In this document: in pieces, positions 1 through 10,335 of the stretch
How the letters are laid out: every line of letters starts with the position of its first letter
Position numbering within the stretch: the first letter of the stretch is position 1
Assembly (NCBI GenBank): GCA_047284725.1
Contig: JBJBEO010000001.1
Coordinates: 352,001 to 416,000, forward strand
DNA: 64,000 nucleotides
Reading direction: 5' to 3'
DNA from: Synechococcus sp.
GTDB taxonomy: Bacteria > Cyanobacteriota > Cyanobacteriia > PCC-6307 > Cyanobiaceae
Translations under genes and position numbers: made by a program
Notes under the pieces: model-generated
Told to the model about the DNA's origin: nothing
Database searches by the model: none
The model's input: the letters and a program-made list of their open reading frames with translations, nothing else

Positions 1-545
1 AACAGAGTGGTGAGTTGCTCGGGGCCGGGGACGAGTCGCATGCCTCGACCACCGCCGCCAGCCGTGGCCTTGATCATCACCGGGTAGCCCATCCGGTCGG
101 CCAGGGTGGCGGCTTCCTCAGGGTTGGAGAGCAATCCCTCACTGCCCGGCACCGTGGGAACGCCCACCCGCTGCATGGTGCTCTTGGCGGTTGCCTTGTC
201 TCCCATCGAGCGAATGGCGTGGGGAGACGGTCCCACGAAGGTGATGCCGTGGTCGCGGCACATTTCCGCGAACCGCGCGTTTTCGGCAAGGAAGCCGTAG
301 CCGGGATGGATGGCATCAACCCCGCGAGACGTCGCTGCAGCGAGGATGTTCGGGATATTGAGATAGCTCTTGCTGCTGGCAGATTCGCCCACGCAGACCG
401 CCTCGTCGGCCAGTTGCACGTGGAGGGCATTGCGATCAACGGTGCTGTACACAGCAACCGTGGCGATGCCTAACTCCCTGCAACTCCGAATGATGCGGAG
501 AGCAATTTCGCCGCGGTTGGCGATCAGCACCTTGCCGATGGGCAT
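1..545 (-). CDS. accC: Acetyl-CoA carboxylase biotin carboxylase subunit (5' part; runs off the window)
   Basis: My translation from ATG at 545 gives [34 protein letters not shown]...[13 protein letters not shown]...[14 protein letters not shown], the classic biotin carboxylase motifs. Not in the ORF track because it is truncated. Confidence 0.97.
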   Translation of the reverse strand, partial: MPIGKVLIANRGEIALRIIRSCRELGIATVAVYSTVDRNALHVQLADEAVCVGESASSKSYLNIPNILAAATSRGVDAIHPGYGFLAENARFAEMCRDHGITFVGPSPHAIRSMGDKATAKSTMQRVGVPTVPGSEGLLSNPEEAATLADRMGYPVMIKATAGGGGRGMRLVPGPEQLTTL

Positions 546-702
546 CCCGCACGTTCCACATCAAGGGCGGATCGTATCAGCGCTCACGTTTCAAGGCCGA
601 AATCAAGGCCTTGATCAGCGCTGATCCACGTCGCAGGGATGTCATGGACCATCGCCCGGTATGATCCTTCCTCGACGAGACTCGAGGGGTCACGTCAGCC
701 AC

Positions 703-784
703 GCGGATGTGGTGGAATTGGTAGACACGCACGTTTGAGGGGCGTGTGACTTCGGTCTTGCGAGTTCAAGTCTCGCCATCCGCA
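703..784 (+). tRNA. tRNA-Leu(GAG)
   Basis: GCGGATG...CATCCGCA acceptor stem, D-arm GTGGAATTGGTAGACAC, anticodon arm CACGT-TTGAGGG-GCGTG, long variable arm, T-loop GTTCAAG. Confidence 0.95.
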
Positions 785-794
785 TTGTTGAAAC

Positions 795-827
795 GGGCTC
801 AGGCGTTTGGCTGGGCCCTATTTTTTT
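795..827 (+). terminator. Intrinsic terminator after tRNA-Leu
   Basis: GGGCTCAG...CTGGGCCC stem followed by a T tract. Confidence 0.65.
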
Positions 828-848
828 GGACGATCGGTCCTTGGTCAG

Positions 849-2156
849 ATGCCCCTGGAAACCACCAGTTCTGACGGTGTGGCATCCGCTCCAACCCTCT
901 CGATCGTGTTTGTCTCGAACGGGCCTGGAGAGCTGAGCACATGGGTCCGCCCTCTGGCCGAACAGTTGCATCGCAGCCTTCAGTTGCGGCCGCGGGCGGC
1001 GCAGTCCTTGGTCAGCCTCCAGCTGGTGTTGGTGCCTTGTCCCAATGCCACAGGCCATGAAGCCGAGGCCGCTGGCCGCTGGGGGGTGTTTGACCGCATC
1101 ACCCCCGCCCGACGGTTCTGGTCTTTGCTGCTGAACCCACGTCGGGCTGGAGTCTGGGCCCCTCAGGGGGTTGTGGTGTTCCTGGGTGGGGATCAATTTT
1201 GGAGCGTGTTGCTGTCGGCCCGCCTGGGCTATCGCCATCTCACCTATGCGGAGTGGGTGGCCCGCTGGCCGCGCTGGAACGATCGCCTGGCGGCGATGGC
1301 GCCAGCGGTGCGCGATCAACTGCCCAGGCGGTTTCGTCATCGCTGTGTCGTTGTCGGGGATCTGATGGCGGATCTGTCCAGCCATGCACGCAAACAGGCC
1401 CCGTTGCCAGAGGGGGAATGGGTGGCGCTGCTGCCCGGTTCGAAGGCCGCCAAATTGTCTGTAGGGATGCCGTTTCTGCTGGAAACAGCCGATCGACTGG
1501 CGCAACAGCGTCCGGACTGTCGTTTCCTGCTGCCCGTCGCTCCCACCACCTCCGTCGCGGATCTGGAGCGTTTTGCGGGGGCATCCAATCCGATTGCGGC
1601 TTCGTATCACTCGGGCATCGCCTCCATCCAGGCACCGAACGCTGCAACGCCCTGGCGTCGCTTGATCACCGCGGCCGGCACCGAAATTCACCTTCAGGAA
1701 GATCCGCCGGCCCATGGCCCTTTAAGCCAGTGCACGCTGGCGCTCACCACGGTGGGGGCCAACACTGCTGAGCTGGGGGCGCTTGGCGTGCCGATGATCG
1801 TGATCGTGCCCACGCAGCACCTCGGGGTGATGCAGGCCTGGGATGGTTGGTTGGGGGTGTTGGCACGGCTGCCGGGGTTGCGTTGGTGCATCGGCACGTT
1901 GCTCAGTGCATGGCGCCTGCGTCATCACGGTTTTCTGGCCTGGCCCAATATTTCCGCTGGGCGTGTTGTCGTGCCGGAACGGGTCGGCGCGATCGAACCC
2001 AAAGCGATCGCGGCTGAGGCTGCCGACTGGCTCGCCTCGCCGGAACGCTTGAAGGGTCAGCAAGAGGATTTGCGGAGCCTCAGGGGGCAACCGGGCGCTG
2101 TGGCAGCCCTGGCTGATGAGGTGCGGTCGCTGCTGCCAAAGGCTCTTGCCGACTAG
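849..2156 (+). CDS. Lipid-A-disaccharide synthase (LpxB)-like glycosyltransferase
   Basis: SNGPGE N-terminal motif, ALLPGSK motif and [16 protein letters not shown], typical of the cyanobacterial LpxB-related GT-B family. Start uncertain. Confidence 0.75.
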   Translation: MPLETTSSDGVASAPTLSIVFVSNGPGELSTWVRPLAEQLHRSLQLRPRAAQSLVSLQLVLVPCPNATGHEAEAAGRWGVFDRITPARRFWSLLLNPRRAGVWAPQGVVVFLGGDQFWSVLLSARLGYRHLTYAEWVARWPRWNDRLAAMAPAVRDQLPRRFRHRCVVVGDLMADLSSHARKQAPLPEGEWVALLPGSKAAKLSVGMPFLLETADRLAQQRPDCRFLLPVAPTTSVADLERFAGASNPIAASYHSGIASIQAPNAATPWRRLITAAGTEIHLQEDPPAHGPLSQCTLALTTVGANTAELGALGVPMIVIVPTQHLGVMQAWDGWLGVLARLPGLRWCIGTLLSAWRLRHHGFLAWPNISAGRVVVPERVGAIEPKAIAAEAADWLASPERLKGQQEDLRSLRGQPGAVAALADEVRSLLPKALAD

Positions 2157-2181
2157 CTTGAGCTCCCTTTCAGACGCCCGT

Positions 2182-2610
2182 ATGTCCGCCAGTTCCGGCC
2201 CTCAGTCCGATCCCACGACCCGGGTGGAGCGCAGTGAAGAGGAGTGGAAAGCGCAGCTGACGCCTGAGCAGTTCCAGGTGGCGCGTCAAGGGGGCACCGA
2301 GCGAGCCTTCACCGGCGCTTACTGGGATAACAAAGCGACGGGGATGTATCACTGCGTCTGCTGTGACGCGCCCTTGTTCAGCTCGTCCACCAAGTTCGAT
2401 TCCGGCACCGGTTGGCCAAGTTTCTGGAATGGCGTGACGCCTGAAGCGATCACCACCAAGACCGATGTCAGCCATGGCATGGTGCGCACGGAAATCAACT
2501 GTGCCAGCTGCGATGCCCACCTTGGTCACGTCTTCACGGATGGGCCCGCACCCACGGGACAGCGCTATTGCGTGAACAGTGCCTCCCTGCAGTTCAAGGG
2601 GGACAGCTGA
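2182..2610 (+). CDS. msrB: Peptide-methionine (R)-S-oxide reductase
   Basis: [31 protein letters not shown] motifs and two CxxC pairs. Confidence 0.96.
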   Translation: MSASSGPQSDPTTRVERSEEEWKAQLTPEQFQVARQGGTERAFTGAYWDNKATGMYHCVCCDAPLFSSSTKFDSGTGWPSFWNGVTPEAITTKTDVSHGMVRTEINCASCDAHLGHVFTDGPAPTGQRYCVNSASLQFKGDS

Positions 2611-2640
2611 GCGGCCCCTGAGCCTGTCACCGCGTTGTCG

Positions 2641-3846
2641 TTACCAGGGGTCATCCACGTCGTTGTTGCCTGGATGGCCCTGGGAGGGATGAGCTGCCTG
2701 GTGCGAAGGGAGATCGCGATCCATGGGCTCGACGTCGAGGGGTGCACCCGGTGGGGGAACGGATCGGCGGGCTGCGGGCCTGGGCCTGGCGTCGAGGCGA
2801 TCGGGTGAGTCCTGGTAGAACCGTTCCTGTCTGAGGGGCTGATCCGCGTCGTCCCAGCCCATGGGGTCGGCCGTCTGGCGCTCGCCTCTGTACCGGTCGT
2901 TGGCGTACGGATCGATCGGCTCAGGCTCCCGTTCGGCGTAGGCCGGAGGCCGAGACAAGGGGGCCTGTGGCTCCAGGGGGTCAGGTTGGTTTCGGCTGGA
3001 GGGGCGGTCGTAGCTTTCGCGGTCGCTGTAGCTGTCCTGCTCCGGCAGCTCATCGAGATAGCGACGACGGGTCTGTGATTCGTTCCGTCGTGCGTCGACT
3101 TCGACGTATTCGAATTCGTCTTCGGGAGCAAAGGCCGCAGTCTCCGATGCCTGGAGTTGTGGTTGCTCTGCTTCGACCGGCTGGCCGGAGGTGAGCTGGT
3201 TTTCCACGGGCACCACATTGACCCGATAGCGCTCCCGTTCCTGTTCTTCCCAGCTGGGCCCTCCCACGCCCAGTTTCTCGAGCACACCGCTGTTGAGTTG
3301 CTTGAGTTTGTCTTCGGCGCCCTCGTACACAATGATCCGATCGGGGCCGCTGCTCACGATTTCGTCGACGGGAATCTCCCAGGTGCTCAACACTCCCTCG
3401 CCCAGGAGGGGCACACCCAGCGCGCCCATCACCAGGGTGGTGAGTTCCCCGGTTTCGATATCAAAGGAGAAGCCCAGCACCCGCCCCAGCACGCTCCCGG
3501 ACTCGGTGATGACCTGGCAGTTGATCACCCGGCTGTAGCGCTCGGGGGAAAACGATTCGCTGAGGGAATCGATCGAGTCGACCAGGATCACATCCCCCAC
3601 CTGACGAATCCTGTCGAGGGGCATCCAGCGTGGAAGCCCCGGCAGAAAGCGGGTGAGGGGGTTGTCGCGCAAGCCCAGGGCCACCACTTCGCGGCCATCG
3701 ATATCCACAATCACTTCTCCCACCACGCCGAGCCTGCGGCCGGTGTCGCGGGTGATCACCTGGGTGCCCATCAGCTCCGAACGGAGCCACAGCCTGTCGC
3801 TGGGCACCGTTGCCAGGGGGTCGTTTGGGGTTGGGGTCGAGGTCAA
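2641..3846 (-). CDS. PRC-barrel domain protein with disordered C-terminal tail
   Basis: Two PRC-barrel-like units (ELMGTQVITRDTGRRLGVV; INCQVITESGSVLGRV) and an acidic, Pro-rich tail. Lies next to smc. Confidence 0.85.
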   Translation of the reverse strand: MTSTPTPNDPLATVPSDRLWLRSELMGTQVITRDTGRRLGVVGEVIVDIDGREVVALGLRDNPLTRFLPGLPRWMPLDRIRQVGDVILVDSIDSLSESFSPERYSRVINCQVITESGSVLGRVLGFSFDIETGELTTLVMGALGVPLLGEGVLSTWEIPVDEIVSSGPDRIIVYEGAEDKLKQLNSGVLEKLGVGGPSWEEQERERYRVNVVPVENQLTSGQPVEAEQPQLQASETAAFAPEDEFEYVEVDARRNESQTRRRYLDELPEQDSYSDRESYDRPSSRNQPDPLEPQAPLSRPPAYAEREPEPIDPYANDRYRGERQTADPMGWDDADQPLRQERFYQDSPDRLDARPRPAARRSVPPPGAPLDVEPMDRDLPSHQAAHPSQGHPGNNDVDDPW

Positions 3847-3954
3847 ATTGAGGCCTCAGCCGTGGCATTTCGAACCATTTTGGCGTAAGGCGCTCGCGTT
3901 GAGTGTTCAGGCAGGGGCGGCTTCTTCACCATCCATGGTGTAAGGGGGACCGTC

Positions 3955-6900
3955 TTAAGCGGCATCGGGAAGCCCCACCACCTGGGTGTGGGCGCCCCGG
4001 GCCTGGGTGACACCGATAGTGCGTTGCGAGGCTCCGATCATCGGACGCCGGTGGCTGACCACCAGGAACTGCGCATCTTCGGCCTGCCTGGCGATCAAGG
4101 CTGCCAGTCGCTCCACGTTGACGCCATCGAGAAAACTGTCGACCTCATCCAGCGCGTAGAAGGGTGAGGGCCGGAAGCGCTGCAGCGCAAACAGGAAACT
4201 GAGGGCTGTGAGTGACTTCTCCCCTCCAGACATCGCTGCGAGGCGGCGAACGGATTTGCCCTTGGGGTGAGCCACCAGCGTCAGTCCCCCTTCGAGTGGA
4301 TCGCTGGTGTTGTCGAGCTGAAGATGCCCATCGCCATCCGAGAGGCTGGCGAAGATCTCGCGGAAATGGCCATCCACGGCCTCGAAGGCCTCCATGAAGG
4401 CCTCCTGACGCAGGGTCGCCACCGTTTCGATCCGCAGCAGCAGCTCCTCCCTCTCCTGGCTCAGCACATCCAGGCGCTCGCCCAGGTCTCCGAGCCTCTG
4501 CTCGAGCTCTTCCAGTTCCTCGAGCGCCAGCATGTTCACGGGCTCCAGCGCTTCCATCTTGTGCTGGAGCTCCTGCAGGGTCGCTTGCAGGGCCTCAAGG
4601 CCTGCATCGCGCACGGCATCGGGGATCGCGGGGCGAGGGTCTGGCAGGGTCTGCGTCAGTTCCTGCAGACGAATGCTGCCGCTGCGAATCTGCTCCGCGA
4701 CGGCCTCGCGTTCCTCCTGCAGGCGCTCCAACTCCCAACGGGCCTGCTGCAGGCTCTGACGCTGTTCCGCCACGGCGGCTTCTGCTTCATCCCTGGCGCG
4801 GCGCTGCTCACCGAACGCGGTCTGCAGCGTTTGTTGTTCCGCTTCGAGGCTGGTGCGACGGGTGGAGAGCTCCTGCTGCTGCTGCTTCCAGGCGCCATGA
4901 GCCTCGGTCAGGGCGGCGACCGCTTCCTTGAGGCGACCCTCCTCGGCCTCGAGGACCTGCTGCTGATCGCCGAGGCGCTCGAGGGCCAGTTCCCGCTGGC
5001 GCTGCTCCTGCACGAGGGCGTCCTTGCGGCTCCGGGCGGCAAGCAAGGCAGTATCGGCGGCCTCCAGATCGTTCTGGAGCTGTTGCCAGGCTTCCAGGTC
5101 TCCCTCCGCCTGGGCATTGCGCTCCTGATGGGTGAGCTCTTGGAACTCCTGTTCCAGGGGGGCCAGTGTGTTCCGCAGCACGTCCAGACGTTGGCGTGTT
5201 GTGGTTTCGCCGCTGCGCAGGCTGGTCAGCCGCTGTTGGCGCTGCTGGAAGCGTTCCATCAACGGACCATGGGCGCGACGGGCTGCCGTGCGCTCGGCGT
5301 CCAGACCAGCCTGACGCTGTTCGTGTTGGCGCAGTTGCGGCCTGGCTGCTTCCAAGGCGGCCGTCAGTCGCTGTTCCTCCCGGCGGCAGGCCACCAGCGT
5401 CTCCCCCAGCTCCAGCAGGCGGCGGCGCAGGGGTTCCGCTTCATCGCTGTCCTGGGCGGTGCCGAAACTGAGGCCGTTGCTGCGCTGAGACAAGCTGCCG
5501 CCGGTCATGGCGCCGCTCTTCTCGAGCAGTTCACCCTCGAGGGTGACGGCACGGTGACGTCCCAGCTGCTGGCGCGCCGTGCTGAGATCCGAGAACACCT
5601 GGGTGTCTCCGAACACATAGGCGAACACGTCGCCATAAATCGGCTCGTAGCGCACCAGATCAACGGCGCGGCCGATCAGCCCACCGCCGCTGGGTCCATC
5701 CGGCCTGCGGCCGCGGGCCATGGCCGCCCCGCCACCACCACCAGGTGCCCGGATCTTGTTGAGGGGAAGAAAGGTGAGTCGACCGGCACGGCGGCTCTTC
5801 AGCAACGCGATCGCCTTGGCTGCGATGCGGTCATCGTCGACCACCACCTGGCCGAGCCTGGCCCCAGCCGCCACCTCTAAGGCCAGCCGGTGCTGTTCGG
5901 CCACTTCCCCGAGCTGGGCAACGGGGCCGTGGATGCCATCGAGGCCTGCCTCCAGCAACAGGCGCAGGGCACCGGTGCCTCGACTTTCCTGCAGGGCTTC
6001 GCGGCGGCTTTCCAGTTTGGCGATGTCGCGTTCGAGCTTGGTCTGCTCCTGCTCCAGCCGCGCCCGGGTGCGTTGCTGCACCGCCACCGATTCCACCAGC
6101 TGCTGCACCTGCTCCTTGCCTGCCTGGAGCGCCTGCAGCAGGGTTTGCCATTCGGTTTCCAGCTTGGCCAAGGACTCCTGGACGCGCTGGTCTTCGGAGC
6201 CGTCCTGTTGCAGCTCCTGCTCCAGTTCCTGCAGCCGATCTCGGTCTTGCTCAAGGCGGGCCTTGAGCTGCTGCTGTTCCTCCTGCAGGGGGGTGATCTG
6301 GCTCTGCAGCTCCAGCCTGCGGGTGCTGCGCTGGCGCTGTTCCTCCATCCAGGTGCCCGAACGACCGGCCACATCCCCCAGGCGCCGGCGCGACACCTCC
6401 ACTGCCGCTTCGGCCTGCTGGCAGGCCTGTTCGGCGGCGGAGAGGGCGTCGTTCTCCGAGGGTTGCTGCAAGGTCGAGGCGTTGTCCTGCAGCTGCCTGC
6501 GTCGGTTGGTGAGGTCGTGGCGCTGACCCTGCAGCTTTTCGCCCTCCTGCTGGTGCTGGTCAGACTGCCGTTTCAGCTCCCGTTCCTGGCTCTCGAGTCC
6601 CTTCAGTTCCCCCTGAACCGCCAGCAGCTTGTCTTCGCCCAGGTCTTTGACCTTTTCCTGCAGCTCCTGCAAGCGGGCGGCCGCTGCCGTCAGGGTCGTT
6701 TCGCTGGCGCGCAGGGCTTCGCTGTCACGGATCTCCTGTTCCCCCAGACTGCGGTGCCGCTCCTGCAGTTGCTGCAGGGCTCGCTGCGCTCCTTCGTAGG
6801 CCAGCACAAGTTCCTGCTGCCTGCCCTCCTGCATCTGGATGCGCAGCGCCTGATAGGTGCGTGCCTTGGCGCAATCCTTCTCAAGCCGGTGGCGAGCGGT

Positions 6901-7560
6901 GTGCAGCTCCTGCTCCACGATGCGGCAGCGCTCCTGGCGCTCCTGCACGTCATCGAGCTTGCGGCGGGTCTGCTCAATCCGCGTGTCGAACAGGGCCACG
7001 CCGGCCAGTTCGTCGATCAGGCCGCGGCGTTCACGGTTGCTCATCGAAACGATGCGGGTGACATCCCCCTGCATCACCACGTTGCTGCCTTCTGGGTCGA
7101 TGCGCAGGCGGCGCAGTTGGGTCTGCAGCTGCTGGAGGTTGCAGGGCTCGCCGTCGGCGGTGTAGCTGCTGCTGTAGGAGCCACCCGGCATCACCCGCAG
7201 TTTGCGGGTCACCGTCCATTCCTTCTGATCGGCCTTGATCCAAGGCCCTTCTTCGGGTGCTTCGAGACCTTCCTCCGCAGCGTCGGGTTCCCAGTCGCTG
7301 AGGTCAAACCTCACGCTCACCAGGGTTTCGGCGGCCTTGCCAGCCTTGAGAATGCCGCTGTTGACCAGATCGGGCAGACGATCCGCGCGCATGCCGCGAC
7401 TGGTGGCCAGGCCCAGGCAGAAGAGAACCCCATCGAGGATGTTGCTCTTGCCGGACCCGTTGGGCCCGGTCACCACGGTGAAACCGGTTTCCAGGGGGAT
7501 GCTCATCGCCCCCCCGAAGGACTTGAAGTGCTTGAACCCGACCTGATTGATATGAACCAA
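3955..7560 (-). CDS. smc: Chromosome segregation protein SMC
   Basis: FKSF, Walker A GPNGSGKSN, long coiled coils, hinge (GRLTFLPL), MSGGEKS signature, LDEVD Walker B; 1201 aa. Confidence 0.98.
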   Translation of the reverse strand: MVHINQVGFKHFKSFGGAMSIPLETGFTVVTGPNGSGKSNILDGVLFCLGLATSRGMRADRLPDLVNSGILKAGKAAETLVSVRFDLSDWEPDAAEEGLEAPEEGPWIKADQKEWTVTRKLRVMPGGSYSSSYTADGEPCNLQQLQTQLRRLRIDPEGSNVVMQGDVTRIVSMSNRERRGLIDELAGVALFDTRIEQTRRKLDDVQERQERCRIVEQELHTARHRLEKDCAKARTYQALRIQMQEGRQQELVLAYEGAQRALQQLQERHRSLGEQEIRDSEALRASETTLTAAAARLQELQEKVKDLGEDKLLAVQGELKGLESQERELKRQSDQHQQEGEKLQGQRHDLTNRRRQLQDNASTLQQPSENDALSAAEQACQQAEAAVEVSRRRLGDVAGRSGTWMEEQRQRSTRRLELQSQITPLQEEQQQLKARLEQDRDRLQELEQELQQDGSEDQRVQESLAKLETEWQTLLQALQAGKEQVQQLVESVAVQQRTRARLEQEQTKLERDIAKLESRREALQESRGTGALRLLLEAGLDGIHGPVAQLGEVAEQHRLALEVAAGARLGQVVVDDDRIAAKAIALLKSRRAGRLTFLPLNKIRAPGGGGGAAMARGRRPDGPSGGGLIGRAVDLVRYEPIYGDVFAYVFGDTQVFSDLSTARQQLGRHRAVTLEGELLEKSGAMTGGSLSQRSNGLSFGTAQDSDEAEPLRRRLLELGETLVACRREEQRLTAALEAARPQLRQHEQRQAGLDAERTAARRAHGPLMERFQQRQQRLTSLRSGETTTRQRLDVLRNTLAPLEQEFQELTHQERNAQAEGDLEAWQQLQNDLEAADTALLAARSRKDALVQEQRQRELALERLGDQQQVLEAEEGRLKEAVAALTEAHGAWKQQQQELSTRRTSLEAEQQTLQTAFGEQRRARDEAEAAVAEQRQSLQQARWELERLQEEREAVAEQIRSGSIRLQELTQTLPDPRPAIPDAVRDAGLEALQATLQELQHKMEALEPVNMLALEELEELEQRLGDLGERLDVLSQEREELLLRIETVATLRQEAFMEAFEAVDGHFREIFASLSDGDGHLQLDNTSDPLEGGLTLVAHPKGKSVRRLAAMSGGEKSLTALSFLFALQRFRPSPFYALDEVDSFLDGVNVERLAALIARQAEDAQFLVVSHRRPMIGASQRTIGVTQARGAHTQVVGLPDAA

Positions 7561-7612
7561 CAGGATCAGGGGGGCTGTCAGCGAACTGAAACTAGCGGAC
7601 CTTCCGCAAAGC

Positions 7613-8005
7613 TCAAGGGGTAGGGGCTCCGGGAGGGCCGCTCAGCCGGCAGGAGCCAGCGTTGATGGTCAGGGTGACAGGGCTGGGAAGGCCCAGAGGC
7701 TCCATGCCGCTGAGTTGAACGGTCACCGCCTCCGTGGTGGTGGGAGGCAGCTGGCCTGTGTAATGACCACCGATGATGCGTCTGGCCCATCCACGACCAC
7801 CGGAGACAGCGGCGGCTTCACGGTCCAGCCACACCAGTCGGTGCGCAGGCAGTGGTGTGGCGGTGAGCGGTGGTCCATCCAGCAACGGCAGATGGTCAAG
7901 GCGCCAGGTGCGGCAGGCGTCACCGTCTTCCAGCAGAAGATCCAGATGGCATCCCCGGGGATCATCCGGGGCGCCGGTGTGCTCAAGCAGCACGTAGCGC
8001 GGCAT
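7613..8005 (-). CDS. Hypothetical protein, weakly resembling a LigD 3'-phosphoesterase (LigD_N)-like domain
   Basis: MPRYVLLEH...HLDLLLEDGDACRTWRL resembles the HxDxxLE...W pattern. Co-oriented upstream of smc. Confidence 0.5.
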   Translation of the reverse strand: MPRYVLLEHTGAPDDPRGCHLDLLLEDGDACRTWRLDHLPLLDGPPLTATPLPAHRLVWLDREAAAVSGGRGWARRIIGGHYTGQLPPTTTEAVTVQLSGMEPLGLPSPVTLTINAGSCRLSGPPGAPTP

Positions 8006-8061
8006 GGGGGTTTCCGGTCATCGTCACCATCCCTAACCTGCAGGTGGAGACACGTGAACGC

Positions 8062-8529
8062 ATGGAGTCGGCTCCATCCCCTGCGGATGACCACAGCAAG
8101 TCCGGGGCGACGACGTCTGCTCCCCCCAGGCCGTCGGTAGCCGAGCAGTTTCGGGAGCATTTCGATGCGTTGCTGCCGGAAATTCAGCGCCGTTGGCCCG
8201 ATGTGGCGGAACAGACGCTGGAGGCCACACGCGGCAGCCTCGATGAGGCGGTGAAAGTGATCGCGTTGCAGTCGGGACGCGCTGCTGATCTGGTGCACCA
8301 CCAGCTGGAGGATCTGCTCCAGTCGATTGGTCGCCACAAAGGCGACATCGGTGGCAGCCTTGAACCGTTGGAACAACAGCTTGAGCGGCTGTTGGATGAC
8401 CTCAACAAAAGCCTGCGTCCAAGGATTGAACGGCCTGTGCGGCAGCGTCCCTTGCTGTCGCTGGCCCTTGCTGCCGGCGTCGGCATGGTGATCGGGTCCC
8501 TGCTGGCTGGTGGGAGGCGGACCCGATGA
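8062..8529 (+). CDS. Hypothetical tail-anchored protein (YqjD/ElaB-like C-terminus)
   Basis: Helical body ending in VRQRPLLSLALAAGVGMVIGSLL. ATGA overlap with the next gene. Confidence 0.7.
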   Translation: MESAPSPADDHSKSGATTSAPPRPSVAEQFREHFDALLPEIQRRWPDVAEQTLEATRGSLDEAVKVIALQSGRAADLVHHQLEDLLQSIGRHKGDIGGSLEPLEQQLERLLDDLNKSLRPRIERPVRQRPLLSLALAAGVGMVIGSLLAGGRRTR

Positions 8530-8939
8530 CAGATCCATCGAGTGATCAGGGCTATCGGCCAGAAGGGGCCAGGCCGCGGGGGCTCGGTGCGGCCGCCAGG
8601 GTGTCGGCCCTGGCCGCCTCGGTGATGGATCTGCACGTGCGCATCGCTCTGCAGGAGGTGGATCGGGAGAAGCGTCGTCTGATCAGTGGCGGGCTGTTTC
8701 TCGCCATGGGTGGCACGCTGATGCTGCTGGCCCTGATCGCCGTTGAGGTGGTGCTGGTGATCTGGATGCGCGACGCCTGGGGATGGTCGCTGATGCGGTC
8801 CCTGCTGGCGCTGGCGATCGGTGATGTGGTGCTCGCCGGTCTCAGTCTCCGGATCGGCGGTCAGCTGGCCAAGGGGCCATACCTGCCGCAGACGCTCGAG
8901 GGGATCAGCAAGACCACTAGGGCTGTGATGGGACGCTGA
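8526..8939 (+). CDS. Phage-holin-family / YqjE-like membrane protein
   Basis: Two transmembrane helices after RIALQEVDREKRR; paired with a YqjD-like gene. Confidence 0.7.
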   Translation: MTDPSSDQGYRPEGARPRGLGAAARVSALAASVMDLHVRIALQEVDREKRRLISGGLFLAMGGTLMLLALIAVEVVLVIWMRDAWGWSLMRSLLALAIGDVVLAGLSLRIGGQLAKGPYLPQTLEGISKTTRAVMGR

Positions 8940-10281
8940 GTGACCTGCACAGCGGTGCGATCGAGATGCCTTGAACCAACAGATTCAGGATCACGGCGAT
9001 AAAAATAATTCCCTGCGAATTCTGTGCCAGTTGTGCGGCAGTTTGCGGTTCGAGGCCGGGGTAATTCGCAATCGCTGCTTGCACCGTGAACGACAGTGCC
9101 AGAGGGACGGCACCGCGTAAGCCGCACCAGGCGATGATGGCTGATTCGCGGCGATTGAAGGGGGAAGAGTGTTGAAAGCACACGACGCTGAGCGGTCGTG
9201 CCACAAGCATCAGTGCCGCTGCCGCTGCGATGCCAGCGGGGATGCACGGCAGAAGGTCGATCGGGTGAATCAGTAGGCCAAATAACAGGAAGATGCTGAT
9301 TTCTGTCATGGTATTGAACGGCAGTAAAACATCTTGGATGCTTTGATGATTGACCTTCGGATCGTGATAGTGAAGGTTGGCCATGAAGGCTCCGGTGACG
9401 TAAACGGAGACGAACCCTGACCCTCCCAGGAAAAAAGAACAGCCGTAGTCGATCAGTGCAATGGACATGGCAACAATCAGGAGTTGCTCTTTGTCTGTGA
9501 CGAAATGATCGATGGTCAGTTTGGAGATATAGCCGAAGATGATGCCAACGAGAAGTCCAGAGCCAAGTTTCTGCAGCAGCTGGCTTGATGCGGCCAGTGC
9601 CAGCGATGGGAAGGAGTCGTTGGCGTTGTTGGAGGCAATGAAAAGGCTCAGGAAAATGCTGAAGATGATCAGCGCTGAGGGGTCGTTGAGCGCTGATTCA
9701 AATTCAAGCAGTTGCAGAACTTTCTGTGGAACATCGTTTCGCGCTTTGCGCAGCACGCTGAGGGTTGCGCCGGCATCGGTGGAGCCAAGGCAGGCAGCGA
9801 TGAGAAAGGCGGCGCCAAGGGGCATGGTTTCCGCGGTGCCCGGCGCCAATGTGGTGCCGGTGGATGAGCTCAGCCAGTAGATCGCGGCACCGAGAACGAC
9901 CGTGCAGATGGCAACGCCGCCAACGGCCAGCAGTAATCCGTACTCCAGAAATCCACGAATGGATTGCAGATCTGTCTTCAGGCCTGCATAAAACAGAAGT
10001 AGTGCCAGGGCAAAGGTATGCAGGTTTTCAACTTCCGCATGGCTGACATCGAGAATGTGGATATTGATGATCAGGCCAAGTCCTAAGACGCCTAAAATGG
10101 CTGGAATGCCGATGCGAATCGAGAACTTGTTAACAATCAGTGTGCCGAGAAAAATGATGCCGATAAACAGCAGCTGCGCTTCGATTGGAACGGCATGCAG
10201 AGACGAACTCCCTCCAGGCTCAGCGGTACCCAGTGGCATCAGAAGCATGGGGGATGGGCATAGGGTTTCTGCGATGTCCAT
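8917..10281 (-). CDS. Cation:proton antiporter (CPA1, NhaP2/CvrA-like)
   Basis: STDAGA, LEFESALNDP and GLRGAVP motifs; about 12 TM helices. Start uncertain. Confidence 0.9.
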   Translation of the reverse strand: MDIAETLCPSPMLLMPLGTAEPGGSSSLHAVPIEAQLLFIGIIFLGTLIVNKFSIRIGIPAILGVLGLGLIINIHILDVSHAEVENLHTFALALLLFYAGLKTDLQSIRGFLEYGLLLAVGGVAICTVVLGAAIYWLSSSTGTTLAPGTAETMPLGAAFLIAACLGSTDAGATLSVLRKARNDVPQKVLQLLEFESALNDPSALIIFSIFLSLFIASNNANDSFPSLALAASSQLLQKLGSGLLVGIIFGYISKLTIDHFVTDKEQLLIVAMSIALIDYGCSFFLGGSGFVSVYVTGAFMANLHYHDPKVNHQSIQDVLLPFNTMTEISIFLLFGLLIHPIDLLPCIPAGIAAAAALMLVARPLSVVCFQHSSPFNRRESAIIAWCGLRGAVPLALSFTVQAAIANYPGLEPQTAAQLAQNSQGIIFIAVILNLLVQGISIAPLCRSLSVPSQP

Positions 10282-10335
10282 TCTTGATCACCTGGTTCGA
10301 CACCGTGTTCCTGCGGGCTTGAACACGGTCTGTGG

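Noticed and set aside
4267..7623. Long plus-strand ORFs (537 and 577 aa) opposite smc, and similar shadow ORFs opposite other core genes
   Set aside because: Antisense shadows of high-GC coding sequence with no recognisable motifs.
8526..8939. Holin-family gene as evidence for a prophage
   Set aside because: It lies in core-like context paired with a YqjD-like gene, with no phage structural genes nearby.
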